A DNA stretch of 61,851 bases, filler included. It is 4 parts of 4 records of this genome, joined end to end, with 100 filler letters (N's around TTAATTAATTAA, not from the genome) between each part and the next. Parts side by side here need not be neighbours in the genome. Positions count along the whole stretch, not along the records: positions 19,449 to 31,734 come from SRR22947725_843; positions 31,835 to 54,769 come from SRR22947725_845; 2 more parts are not named here. One strand, 5' to 3'. This document shows positions 31,718-40,217 of the stretch, in pieces. The notes under the pieces are model-generated. The model did no database searches. It was not told where the DNA came from and saw nothing but the letters and a program-made list of their open reading frames with translations. The translations under genes and the position numbers were made by a program. The number at the start of each line of letters is the position of its first letter. The first letter of the stretch is position 1.

Positions 31718-31734
31718 TGGGGCGAGAAACGGGG
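31718..31734 (-). tRNA. 3' terminal 17 nt of a tRNA (probably tRNA-His) or a duplicated att copy, cut by the contig end
   Basis: Minus strand reads CCCCGT-TTCTCGC-C-CCA: T-arm 3' side, acceptor strand, C73 discriminator (typical of tRNA-His) and CCA. Only 17 nt are visible. Confidence 0.55.
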
Positions 31735-31834
31735 NNNNNNNNNNNNNNNNNNNNNNNNNNNNNNNNNNNNNNNNNNNNTTAATTAATTAANNNNNNNNNN
31801 NNNNNNNNNNNNNNNNNNNNNNNNNNNNNNNNNN
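31735..31834. other. Artificial contig spacer
   Basis: N44-TTAATTAATTAA-N44. Confidence 0.99.
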
Positions 31835-32626
31835 AAAAGTTCTCTTAATTTCTCCAATATCACTAAGGGTTACAACTGCATCACGAGTGACTTTGATAGG
31901 AATGTTATAAACATCTTCTGCTGTTTCAAAAATTCCTGGAACTTCAATATTAAATTTACCTGTACCTGTGTCTTGAGCACCACCTGGAATGATTAAGTTA
32001 TTGCTTGAAATAGCGTTATAAAGTTGATTTAGAGTAATTCCATAGGTTTCCATTTTGGATTTATCTATGATGCCAACAAGAACTTCCTGAGGAACCCCCT
32101 CGAGATCAGCCGCAAGTACTTCGCTGATAGATTCCAATTTATCTTGCAGCTCTCTTGCAATAAATACTTTTTGTCTCAATGATGCCGACCCGATAAGACT
32201 TAAATTCATGACTGGGAACATGGCAAAAGAATATTCTCTAATTTGAGGATCTTCCGCTTCCCTTGGGAGCTCAAATTTAACTTCTTCTACTGCTTGTTTG
32301 ATATCCCTTAAAGCTGTATCAATGCTATAGCCAACCTCAAACTCAGCAACAATTCTTGCATAACTTAACCTTGCTGATGAAGAGAGCTCCTTGACGCCAG
32401 GAACGCTTCTAATTCTAGTTTCCAATGGTCTTGCAATTAGTCTGGAGGCATCTTCAGGAGAAGCTCCGTCTAAAAATACTTCTACGCTAACAAGGGGTAA
32501 TTGAATATTTGGATCAGCAGCCACACCAAGAGCTGATCGTGCAACTGACCCTGCAACAATAACAAGTAAAGCTAAGGCAAGAGTAGTTCTTGCTTTTGAT
32601 AAAGCAAAATCTACAATTTTAATCAT
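31835..32626 (-). CDS. RND efflux transporter permease (AcrB/AcrD/AcrF family), N-terminal part only
   Basis: TM1 then P.I..P.V.V....GASPE...LIARPLE porter-domain pattern, NLIIPGG, VTLSDIGEI; follows an adaptor gene. Confidence 0.93.
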
Positions 32627-33504
32627 ACATCAGTCAGGAAAGTTGTTCGGACCTTCTCGCCATTTTTAACAAACCCCTGACCAAGTACAATGAGTTTTGA
32701 AAGGTTGGGAATTCCTGTTACCCATATCCCATCATTGGTATCTTCGATAATCTTGATTGGTAAAAATTTTACCTCATCGTTACCATCAACAACTCTTACG
32801 CCAAGATCACCCTCATCTGATAACAGCAAAATTGATGGAGATATTTTATTGGCAAGCACCTTGTTGGTTTGAATGGTCATAGTTCCGGTAATTCCATCTC
32901 TTATATTGCCGCTAACATTGGAGACTTTGGCTTCAACCCTAAATGTTCGAGTTGAAGTTGATGCACTTTTTGATACAAAGGTTAATTTACCCTTTATCAC
33001 TTCACCTGTAACAAGTGCAATTTCAACATTTTGATTATTAATGATTCTTTTTATCTCTGTTTCAGGAACTTCAGCAACAAAAGTAATGGGATCTAATTCA
33101 ATGATAACTGCGCATGTTTGACCTTTGCTTATGTAATTGCCAGGCTTAACGATTCTTTCAATGTAACCTTTAAATGGAGCTTTTACTTCTGTTCTATTTA
33201 GCTCGACCACACCCAGTCTGCAGAGTACTTGGTCTTTTTCTACCCAATCACCCTGGAGGACATTATTTGGCATCACTTCTCCTGAGGTCTTAGCTAATAT
33301 ATTTACTCTTTTTTCAGAAGTAGACGAAGAATTTATTTTAATCGAAGGCGAGAAGAATTCAGATGGACTTTCAGCAATTACCACGGAAGATAATTTCCTA
33401 TCAATTTTCTCAGCCAGTGTTTTCTCTTCTACAAATTGACCAGAAATCATCCATGCTATTACTGGAATTAAGATGTATAAAGAGATTCTAACGTTTTTTG
33501 ACAT
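32623..33504 (-). CDS. RND periplasmic adaptor (membrane fusion protein) lacking the alpha-helical hairpin
   Basis: N-terminal anchor, lipoyl half 1 (AKTSGEV...GDWVEKDQVL), lipoyl half 2 (VKAPFKGYI), TRTFRVEA, GIWVTG...GQGFV. Confidence 0.9.
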   Translation of the reverse strand: MSKNVRISLYILIPVIAWMISGQFVEEKTLAEKIDRKLSSVVIAESPSEFFSPSIKINSSSTSEKRVNILAKTSGEVMPNNVLQGDWVEKDQVLCRLGVVELNRTEVKAPFKGYIERIVKPGNYISKGQTCAVIIELDPITFVAEVPETEIKRIINNQNVEIALVTGEVIKGKLTFVSKSASTSTRTFRVEAKVSNVSGNIRDGITGTMTIQTNKVLANKISPSILLLSDEGDLGVRVVDGNDEVKFLPIKIIEDTNDGIWVTGIPNLSKLIVLGQGFVKNGEKVRTTFLTDV

Positions 33505-33576
33505 TTATTCTTATTTTTATAATTATTTCAGAGTTTTAATTTTGACAATCGGGGACGGATTATAGTTCATCTTTTT

Positions 33577-33594
33577 TGTAAAGTATACTTTACA
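33577..33594. promoter_or_regulatory. Perfect 18-bp palindrome TGTAAAGTATACTTTACA (TyrR/PhhR-box consensus TGTAAA-N6-TTTACA) upstream of the RND operon
   Basis: Read directly; covers the expected -35 position of a minus-strand TATAAT at 33564-33559. Confidence 0.65.
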
Positions 33595-33596
33595 TT

Positions 33597-34220
33597 TTAG
33601 AGATTATGTTTTTTCCTAAGTTCTTGTAATAAGTCTATATCTAATGGCTCCAAAGCTTTTGGCTTCTCTTGTGGAGTAATCTTAAAATCTTTGCCAGCTT
33701 TCATTTCTTTAACTAAGCGCATATAGCTTTTTGAAAAAGCTTGGAAGGCATTTGTGTTATTTTGGGAATTAATTAATTCCCAACCGATTTCTCTTCCAGC
33801 CCAGTAAATGATTGGATGAGTCCAGGGAAAGCTTTGCCTAGGTGAGGAGGATTTTTGAGCCTCGATAAATGCTTCCTGTGGAGTTGGAATATTGATTGCG
33901 CCCATTGATCCTGAGCAGGCTTTTAGCACTTCGGTAAGAGTTGGAAGATAATCGTTGGATTGAATGACAGTTTCAATTGCAGCATTGATGCATTCTGCAG
34001 GATATTTTTTTAAGCTTTCTGCCCAAAGCTTCTTTGCTTCAGTGAGCCTATGATCCGTTCCAAAGACTTTGTAAAATTGATAATGATATGAAAGCTCAAG
34101 TTTTAAAAAAAGATTATCAACAGCCTCAATAAAGCTTTTTCGATCAGAATTCGAGATTTTCTGCCCAGGAATCATCTTTCGTTCTATCTTTGAATTTTTG
34201 AGAAAACTCTCCTGGTTCAT
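33597..34220 (-). CDS. Lambda replication protein P-like protein (DopE-like putative helicase loader); start uncertain (34265, 34244, 34220 or 34175)
   Basis: LF..L...Y..QF.......AKKLW...L, YLPTLTEVLKAC, IPTPQEAF.EA, W.HP.IYWAG...GW pattern of lambda P-family proteins. Confidence 0.75.
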   Translation of the reverse strand: MNQESFLKNSKIERKMIPGQKISNSDRKSFIEAVDNLFLKLELSYHYQFYKVFGTDHRLTEAKKLWAESLKKYPAECINAAIETVIQSNDYLPTLTEVLKACSGSMGAINIPTPQEAFIEAQKSSSPRQSFPWTHPIIYWAGREIGWELINSQNNTNAFQAFSKSYMRLVKEMKAGKDFKITPQEKPKALEPLDIDLLQELRKKHNL

Positions 34221-34962
34221 TATGTCTGTAAGTTTTTTTTCCATTTTTTTCTTCGTAAGAACCAATAAACTCTTTTCGTTTTACAAAATCAACAAATTTT
34301 GAGTTCCATGACCTTAGCGCTGTTCCATTTTCTTTCCAGTAAAGTATAAACTCCTTCAAGTGCTTTAAGGCATCATTTTTTGAAACATTTGCTAACTCTA
34401 AAATATCAAAAGCATCAGAAGAAGGCGACCAATTATCATTGATGCATACAGGCAAACCTTTATTTTCCGAGTTTTCCTTAACCCACTCTCGTCGAATGAA
34501 ATCTACAAATAATACATTCCAGTTATCTCTTACTTGATTTTTTTCAAACCAATACATTTTGAATTCATCTACCTTACTTTCAATAAATTCTTTATTAATC
34601 TTACCCATTCCTAAAACCTCAAATGCCTGTGCAGAGGGAGCCCAAGAGTGCTCAAGCTTTCTTTTGCCTGCATTAAAATTATTTGAAGGCAGCTTTAAAG
34701 AGTAAAGATTTTTATTTCGGGCAGGCTCATTTTTCCTAGAGATTTCCTCTGAAGAAATTAGCTTTAAATCGATTAATCTTTTAATATTTTTAAGGATTTC
34801 GTGCTCTTCTAAAAAAGGAATTTTTTCTTTAAGACTCGATGTTATTTCGTCAGGTGATGATAGTTCAGCTTTAATTGTTTTTGCAGCAGCTAGGACAATG
34901 GCGCAATCTATGCCAAGAGTTTCAGCTTCTTGCATGGAGAAAGTAAATAAGTCTTCTTTCAA
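34144..34962 (-). CDS. Protein with two tandem DnaT-like ssDNA-binding domains (DopC-like)
   Basis: Internal repeat W.PS..AF..L........F..YW.E.......W...FVDF..R appears twice; TTG start abuts the DAHP synthase stop, with SD GAGG. Confidence 0.78.
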   Translation of the reverse strand: MKEDLFTFSMQEAETLGIDCAIVLAAAKTIKAELSSPDEITSSLKEKIPFLEEHEILKNIKRLIDLKLISSEEISRKNEPARNKNLYSLKLPSNNFNAGKRKLEHSWAPSAQAFEVLGMGKINKEFIESKVDEFKMYWFEKNQVRDNWNVLFVDFIRREWVKENSENKGLPVCINDNWSPSSDAFDILELANVSKNDALKHLKEFILYWKENGTALRSWNSKFVDFVKRKEFIGSYEEKNGKKTYRHNEPGEFSQKFKDRTKDDSWAENLEF

Positions 34963-36015
34963 TTATCCTCGCCTCTTTTGCACAGCTTCGCTGATCACAC
35001 TGAGGCAATTAAGAGTGTCATCCCAATTCATGCATGCATCTGTAATACTTTGACCATACGTGAGGTTATCTGAGATGCTTTGATTTCCCTCAACCAAATG
35101 ACTTTCAAGCATCAAGCCTCTTAAGCTTTGATTGCCTGCTGCAATTTGTTTAGCCACATCGTTTACCACCTCAATTTGCTTTTTAAATTGCTTCTGACTA
35201 TTTCCATGACTAGCATCAACCATAATAGAGTCATTTACATCAGCCTCAACTAGCGCAGTTAATGTTTGTTGAATTGCCTCCGAGGTAAAATTTGGTTCTT
35301 TTCCACCCCGTAAAATAATATGTGAATCTGAATTACCAGAAGTTTTATATATCGATACTCGCCCATCTTTTGTATTTGAAAAAAATACATGAGGATGATT
35401 TGCTGCCTGAATGCCATCAATTGCGGGTTTTAACGCTCCAGTTGTACCATTTTTAATGCCTATTGGGCATGAAAGGCCGGAGGCTAATTCTCTATGAGAT
35501 TGACTTTCTGCAGTCCTAGCCCCAATTGCTCCCCAAGAAATAAGATCTGCAACATATTGAGGTGAAATAGGATCTAAAAATTCTGTACCCACAGGTAGCC
35601 CCATAGCAGTAATATCCCTTAGAATTTTTCTTGCCAGCATCAGACCCTTGTTTGCATCATAGCTTTCATTAATATCGGGGTCATTGATCAAACCCTTCCA
35701 GCCAACTGTGGTTCTGGGTTTTTCAAAATATACTCTCATGATTATTAATAAATTAGCATTTAGCGAATCTTTAGCTTCTTTCAATAAATGAGCGTATTCA
35801 AGAGCGGACTTTGGATCATGAATTGAGCATGGTCCGCAAACAACAATTACTCTGTCATCTTTTCCATGCAGAATTTGGCTAGTTTCATTTCGAGTTCCAT
35901 ACACTAATTTCGAAATCTCATCAGTCAAAGGATATTCTGAGATCACATCATTAGGCGTAATGAGATCGAATTTTTCAACAATTCTTGTATTGTCTGTGTG
36001 GTAAATGGATTCCAT
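34963..36015 (-). CDS. aroG: Class I DAHP synthase (AroF/G/H family)
   Basis: GPCSIHD, RVYFEKPRTTVGWKG, IGARTAESQSHRE, ILRGG, DASHGNS, YGQSITDAC. Feedback specificity cannot be determined. Confidence 0.93.
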   Translation of the reverse strand: MESIYHTDNTRIVEKFDLITPNDVISEYPLTDEISKLVYGTRNETSQILHGKDDRVIVVCGPCSIHDPKSALEYAHLLKEAKDSLNANLLIIMRVYFEKPRTTVGWKGLINDPDINESYDANKGLMLARKILRDITAMGLPVGTEFLDPISPQYVADLISWGAIGARTAESQSHRELASGLSCPIGIKNGTTGALKPAIDGIQAANHPHVFFSNTKDGRVSIYKTSGNSDSHIILRGGKEPNFTSEAIQQTLTALVEADVNDSIMVDASHGNSQKQFKKQIEVVNDVAKQIAAGNQSLRGLMLESHLVEGNQSISDNLTYGQSITDACMNWDDTLNCLSVISEAVQKRRG

Positions 36016-36180
36016 GCTCAAATATTAATGCAATTAAATTAAAAAAATAGGCTTTCACTGATCTTATTAATTCTTTTTAAAGCCCTATGAAAACCTTTTA
36101 AATCAACATTTTTATGCAAAATCACAAGATGTTGTGTTAAAAAGGGCATATAATTACAGCATCTTGTATAAATTGAATTT

Positions 36181-36975
36181 ATGAAGTCTCAAGCACAGCT
36201 AGAATTTCCGCAATTTAAAGGCGAGGTTTTAACGCAACTTCCTGATGATTTATTTATCCCGCCTGAAGCTTTAGAAATCTTCTTAGAGGATTTTTCTGGT
36301 CCAATGGATGTATTGCTTTACTTAATTCAAAAGAAAGATATTAATATTTTGGATTTAGACATTTCTGAAATTACAGATCAGTACATCCAATATATTGAAT
36401 TAATGGATTCATTAAAAATAGAGCTTGCAGCTGACTATTTGGTAATGGCTGCTACCCTTGCTCAAATTAAATCTAGAATGTTAATTCCTCAGTCCGAAGA
36501 AGAAGAGGAAGAGCAAGATCCTCGATCAGAACTTATTAGAAGGTTGCAGGAATATCAAAGGTACAAAAGCGCATCAGAATCTATTTCTAATTTACCTAGA
36601 TTAGACAGAGATTTTTTTCTTGCATCAACTGCCTTACCAAAATTTAAAGAGCGTGAGGCAGCTTTAGACATATCTGCTCAAGAACTTGCAGTCATATTTA
36701 ATGAGGTTTCAACTCGACCTAAATTTTCAGCACATCATGAAATCCACTTTGAGGAATTATCTACCCAGGACAGAATTGCTTTGATTTTATCAATTCTCAA
36801 TAAAAGAAATGTAATCCAATTTTTTCAAACATATCAGAAAAAAGAAGGGAAGCAGGGTGTGGTTGTTGCATTATTGGCCTCTTTAGATCTGGCAAAAGAT
36901 GGGCATGTGGAGCTTATTCAAAACAAAGACTCTAATCAACTTTATCTTAAATCAACCAATCGAGGAGTTCACTAG
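36181..36975 (+). CDS. scpA: Segregation and condensation protein A
   Basis: FSGPMDVLLYLI, LAADYLVMAATL..IKSRML, DPR.EL.RRL.EY. Confidence 0.93.
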   Translation: MKSQAQLEFPQFKGEVLTQLPDDLFIPPEALEIFLEDFSGPMDVLLYLIQKKDINILDLDISEITDQYIQYIELMDSLKIELAADYLVMAATLAQIKSRMLIPQSEEEEEEQDPRSELIRRLQEYQRYKSASESISNLPRLDRDFFLASTALPKFKEREAALDISAQELAVIFNEVSTRPKFSAHHEIHFEELSTQDRIALILSILNKRNVIQFFQTYQKKEGKQGVVVALLASLDLAKDGHVELIQNKDSNQLYLKSTNRGVH

Positions 36976-37539
36976 ATGACTGATTTACAAAACTTACCCA
37001 ATATTGTTGAATCCATTCTCTTTGGCGCCGGAAGACCCATGCGTTTATCTGAAATGAAAACCCTAATGGGATCTCAGAACATAGAAGTAGATTTACCCAG
37101 CATCAAAGTAGCTTTAAATTCTTTAGAGGAAAGATACGCTCAGAGTTCCATTGAAATCAAAGAGGTAGCATCAGGTTTCAGGATGCAGGTAAGAGAGAAT
37201 TATGGTGACTGCCTTTATCCTTTATGGAATGACACATCAAGCAGACTTTCAAAAGCATTAATGGAAACTGTATCCATAATTGCATACAAACAACCAGTAA
37301 CGAGGGGTGATATTGAAGACATTAGAGGCGTTACTGTTAGCACCCAAATAATTAGATCATTGCTTGATAGAGAGTGGATCAAGGTATCAGGCTATCGCGA
37401 TGTTCCGGGTAGACCTGCTGTATATGAAACCACTAAAACATTTTTAAATGATCTAAATCTCAGATCAATCAATGATTTACCACCATTGCCTGAGGCTTTG
37501 CCAGCGGAAGATGCCCTGGATCAACTAGAAGCTGGATAG
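36976..37539 (+). CDS. scpB: Segregation and condensation protein B
   Basis: ETVSIIAYKQPVTRGDIEDIRGV, PGRP..Y.TT..FL. Confidence 0.95.
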   Translation: MTDLQNLPNIVESILFGAGRPMRLSEMKTLMGSQNIEVDLPSIKVALNSLEERYAQSSIEIKEVASGFRMQVRENYGDCLYPLWNDTSSRLSKALMETVSIIAYKQPVTRGDIEDIRGVTVSTQIIRSLLDREWIKVSGYRDVPGRPAVYETTKTFLNDLNLRSINDLPPLPEALPAEDALDQLEAG

Positions 37540-37543
37540 CTCT

Positions 37544-38266
37544 ATGCTGCGACTGCAGAAATTCTTGGCTCAAGCCGGCTTGGGTTCGCGGCGCTCATGC
37601 GAACAGCTCATTAAAGACAATAAAGTTTATGTGAATGGCAAGCTGGCTGTCTTAGGAACTAAAGTCATCGAAACTGATGAAGTCACTTTTGGGGGCGAGA
37701 GAGTGCTTTTAAAAACAGCAGACTTAAAAGTAATCATGCTCAATAAACCCCGTGGAGTATTATCTTCAAAAAAAGATGATAAGAAAATTAAGCTTGTGTT
37801 TGATTTTCTTCCAAAAGTTCAAAATGAGCCTGACTGGATTGCTGTTGGAAGACTAGATATCAATACCTCTGGGTTGATGCTATTTACAAATGATGGGACT
37901 TTTGCCCATCAACTCATGCACCCTTCATTTAAGATCGATAGAGAATATCTGGTAAGAGCAAGAGGCCATTTCAATGAGCAGAAGAAAAAAAATATGCTCT
38001 CAGGTGTGAAAATTGAAAATGAAGTTTATAAATTCTCAGATATCGTTCCAGGAGAAAAACAGAGCTCGAATCAATGGTTTTCAGTTTGCATGCTTACTGG
38101 AAAAAATCGCGAAGTCAGAAAACTCTTTGAATCTCAAGATTTAGAAGTTAGCAGATTAAAAAGAGTTAGGATAGGACCAATTTTTTTACCTTCCACTCTT
38201 AGGGAGGGCTCATGCATGAACTTAACCGAATCTCAAATTCAAGAACTCCAAAATTATGGAAAGTGA
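37544..38266 (+). CDS. rluB: rRNA pseudouridine synthase (RluB/RsuA family)
   Basis: S4 domain RLQKFLAQAG..SRR, NKPRG, VGRLDINTSGL, GKNREVR; scpAB-rluB synteny. Confidence 0.88.
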   Translation: MLRLQKFLAQAGLGSRRSCEQLIKDNKVYVNGKLAVLGTKVIETDEVTFGGERVLLKTADLKVIMLNKPRGVLSSKKDDKKIKLVFDFLPKVQNEPDWIAVGRLDINTSGLMLFTNDGTFAHQLMHPSFKIDREYLVRARGHFNEQKKKNMLSGVKIENEVYKFSDIVPGEKQSSNQWFSVCMLTGKNREVRKLFESQDLEVSRLKRVRIGPIFLPSTLREGSCMNLTESQIQELQNYGK

Positions 38267-38840
38267 TAAAGCTCACAAAGCTTTATTAAAAATTTCTACA
38301 GAAAAGAATTTCAGCTTATTAAGGAGATATCTTGAGAAGTCAGAACCAATAGAAATAAAACTTTCATCATTGCCGCTAGTTGAATACCTCTCATCGGTTG
38401 TAGTTAGCCAACAACTATCTACCAAAGCAGCAAAAACTATTTGGTCAAGAGTCCATCCTCTTGTTAAAAGTTATACCAATTATGCAAATCTAGATGCAGA
38501 ACTTCGCTTAGGGGGCTTATCAAGATCAAAAGCAAACTATGTTATTGGGCTGATAGGCAATTTAAATTTATCTACTCTGCAAAAAAATGATCTAATGAAG
38601 ATGTCAAATATTGAATTTGAAAGCTTGCTTCTTGCTAACAAAGGCATTGGACCATGGTCAGTCCAAATGGCTAGAATGTTTTATCTAGGGGATGCGGATG
38701 TCATGCCTATCAATGATCTCGGCATCAAACACGCCCATGAGCATTTTTTTAGTGAGCATGCGTTGAATGAAAAATTTTATGAGCCATTTAGACCTTGGAG
38801 AACTTATTTGAGTCTTTTTATGTGGCAGTCACTTTCTTAG
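38256..38840 (+). CDS. HhH-GPD DNA glycosylase (AlkA-like 3-methyladenine glycosylase, short form)
   Basis: VSQQLSTKAA..I, GLSRSK, KGIGPWS, P..DLGI, PWRTY. Confidence 0.85.
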   Translation: MESDKAHKALLKISTEKNFSLLRRYLEKSEPIEIKLSSLPLVEYLSSVVVSQQLSTKAAKTIWSRVHPLVKSYTNYANLDAELRLGGLSRSKANYVIGLIGNLNLSTLQKNDLMKMSNIEFESLLLANKGIGPWSVQMARMFYLGDADVMPINDLGIKHAHEHFFSEHALNEKFYEPFRPWRTYLSLFMWQSLS

Positions 38841-39564
38841 ATAGATCTGCATATTCAAAATAGTGCTGTTTTGAATCAGAGCTTTCTTCGCTAAAAAACC
38901 ACAAGTAACAATTCACAAGATCACTAGGAGTTTTAAGGGTATTAGGATTTTCAGCAGGTCTTGCAGACGCCCTCATTTTTGTTTGGGTTGCCCCAGGGTC
39001 AAAGTTAAACACTTTAATAGAAGAGGTTGTTTCTAACTCATTGGCAAAAATTTCTGCTAATCCTTTTAAACCAAATTTTGAAACTGAGTAGGCGCCCCAA
39101 AAAGCCCTACCCATATTTGCAACTCCAGAAGAAGTAAAAATAATTCTTGGCAGCATTGATGTTTCAAGAATTGTTTTTAGGGTTTTGGTAAGCAGAAAGG
39201 GAGCCCTGAGATTAACATTTAAAACCTCATCCCATCGTGACAATTCGTAATCTTCTAAAGTTGTCATTGTCCCCAAGATGGCAGCATTATGAATGATGCC
39301 ATCCAGCGATATAAACTCCTCAGCAATTGCATTGTGAATTTCATGCGCTGATTCATTATTTAATAGACTGAGATCAGCCTGTAAGATTAAGTGTTTTTGA
39401 GATTTAAAAGAGTGATCAAGTTGATCATAGACTGTATCTAGCTTAGAAGCATCCCTGCCTAAAAGAATAATATTAGACCCCAACTTTGAAAACTCAACTG
39501 CTAAAACTTTACCAATTCCATCGGTTGCACCGGTAATAAGTATTGTTCTGTGAGAAAGATCCAT
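38818..39564 (-). CDS. yciK: YciK-like short-chain oxidoreductase
   Basis: TGATDGIG, HNAAILG, WGAYSVSK, PGATQTKMRA.A.P.E; ubiG-gph-yciK synteny. Confidence 0.85.
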   Translation of the reverse strand: MDLSHRTILITGATDGIGKVLAVEFSKLGSNIILLGRDASKLDTVYDQLDHSFKSQKHLILQADLSLLNNESAHEIHNAIAEEFISLDGIIHNAAILGTMTTLEDYELSRWDEVLNVNLRAPFLLTKTLKTILETSMLPRIIFTSSGVANMGRAFWGAYSVSKFGLKGLAEIFANELETTSSIKVFNFDPGATQTKMRASARPAENPNTLKTPSDLVNCYLWFFSEESSDSKQHYFEYADLSKKVTAT

Positions 39565-39566
39565 TG

Positions 39567-40217
39567 TTATAGCCGTGAAATTAATTTATAGAGGTCACTT
39601 GGGTGTTCGGCTCCAAGAATATGTTCGCTATGATCTTTAGCTTTAAGTGAATAGCCAAAATAACAAGCAATCACTTGTGTCCCCGCATTTATTCCTGCTT
39701 CGAGATCTTTTTTATGATCACCAACATAGACACATTCAGCAGGATGCAGGCCTAAATCTTTGCATCCTCTTAAAATTCCTTCAGGGTCTGGTTTGATAGC
39801 ATTTAAGTGATCAGGACATATTAGAGTTTTGCAATTTTTAAAGGCAATCTCATTCACCAAGATTGGCTTTGCAAAACGTAGGGGCTTGTTAGTTACAATT
39901 CCATAAGGGATATTATCCTTCTCTAATGAGGACAACATCTCTTCAATGCCATCAAAAGCGCCTCCATGCTGCAAAAGGTTTAATTCGTATTCTTCCAAGA
40001 GCTCATCTCTTAAAACAGCACACTGCTCATCCGATATATCGATGTTGAAGCCTAAGCTTGTTAGCTTCCAACTTCCATCAGATACATGGCTCCTGATGAT
40101 TTCAGGATCAAGTTTTGGTTGATTATGTCTTTCAAGTAAATTGTCTAAGCTCGCAATAAAGTCGGGAGCCGAATCTAAAAGAGTGCCATCAAGATCAAAC
40201 AGCACACCTTTAGGCAT
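39567..40217 (-). CDS. HAD phosphatase (Gph/MupP-like)
   Basis: FDLDGTLLDS, VTNKP, KPDP, YVGD...D. The gene at this position in Pseudomonas is mupP. Alternative start at 40229. Confidence 0.88.
   Translation of the reverse strand: MPKGVLFDLDGTLLDSAPDFIASLDNLLERHNQPKLDPEIIRSHVSDGSWKLTSLGFNIDISDEQCAVLRDELLEEYELNLLQHGGAFDGIEEMLSSLEKDNIPYGIVTNKPLRFAKPILVNEIAFKNCKTLICPDHLNAIKPDPEGILRGCKDLGLHPAECVYVGDHKKDLEAGINAGTQVIACYFGYSLKAKDHSEHILGAEHPSDLYKLISRL

Noticed and set aside
33597-34962. Prophage remnant interpretation of the lambda O/P-like genes
   Set aside because: No integrase, att site, structural or lysis genes; both ORFs are intact and coupled to a housekeeping gene.
36181-37539. scpA-scpB without smc as a possible Wadjet/Mks-like defence system
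   Set aside because: scpA-scpB-rluB with smc elsewhere is the normal housekeeping arrangement.
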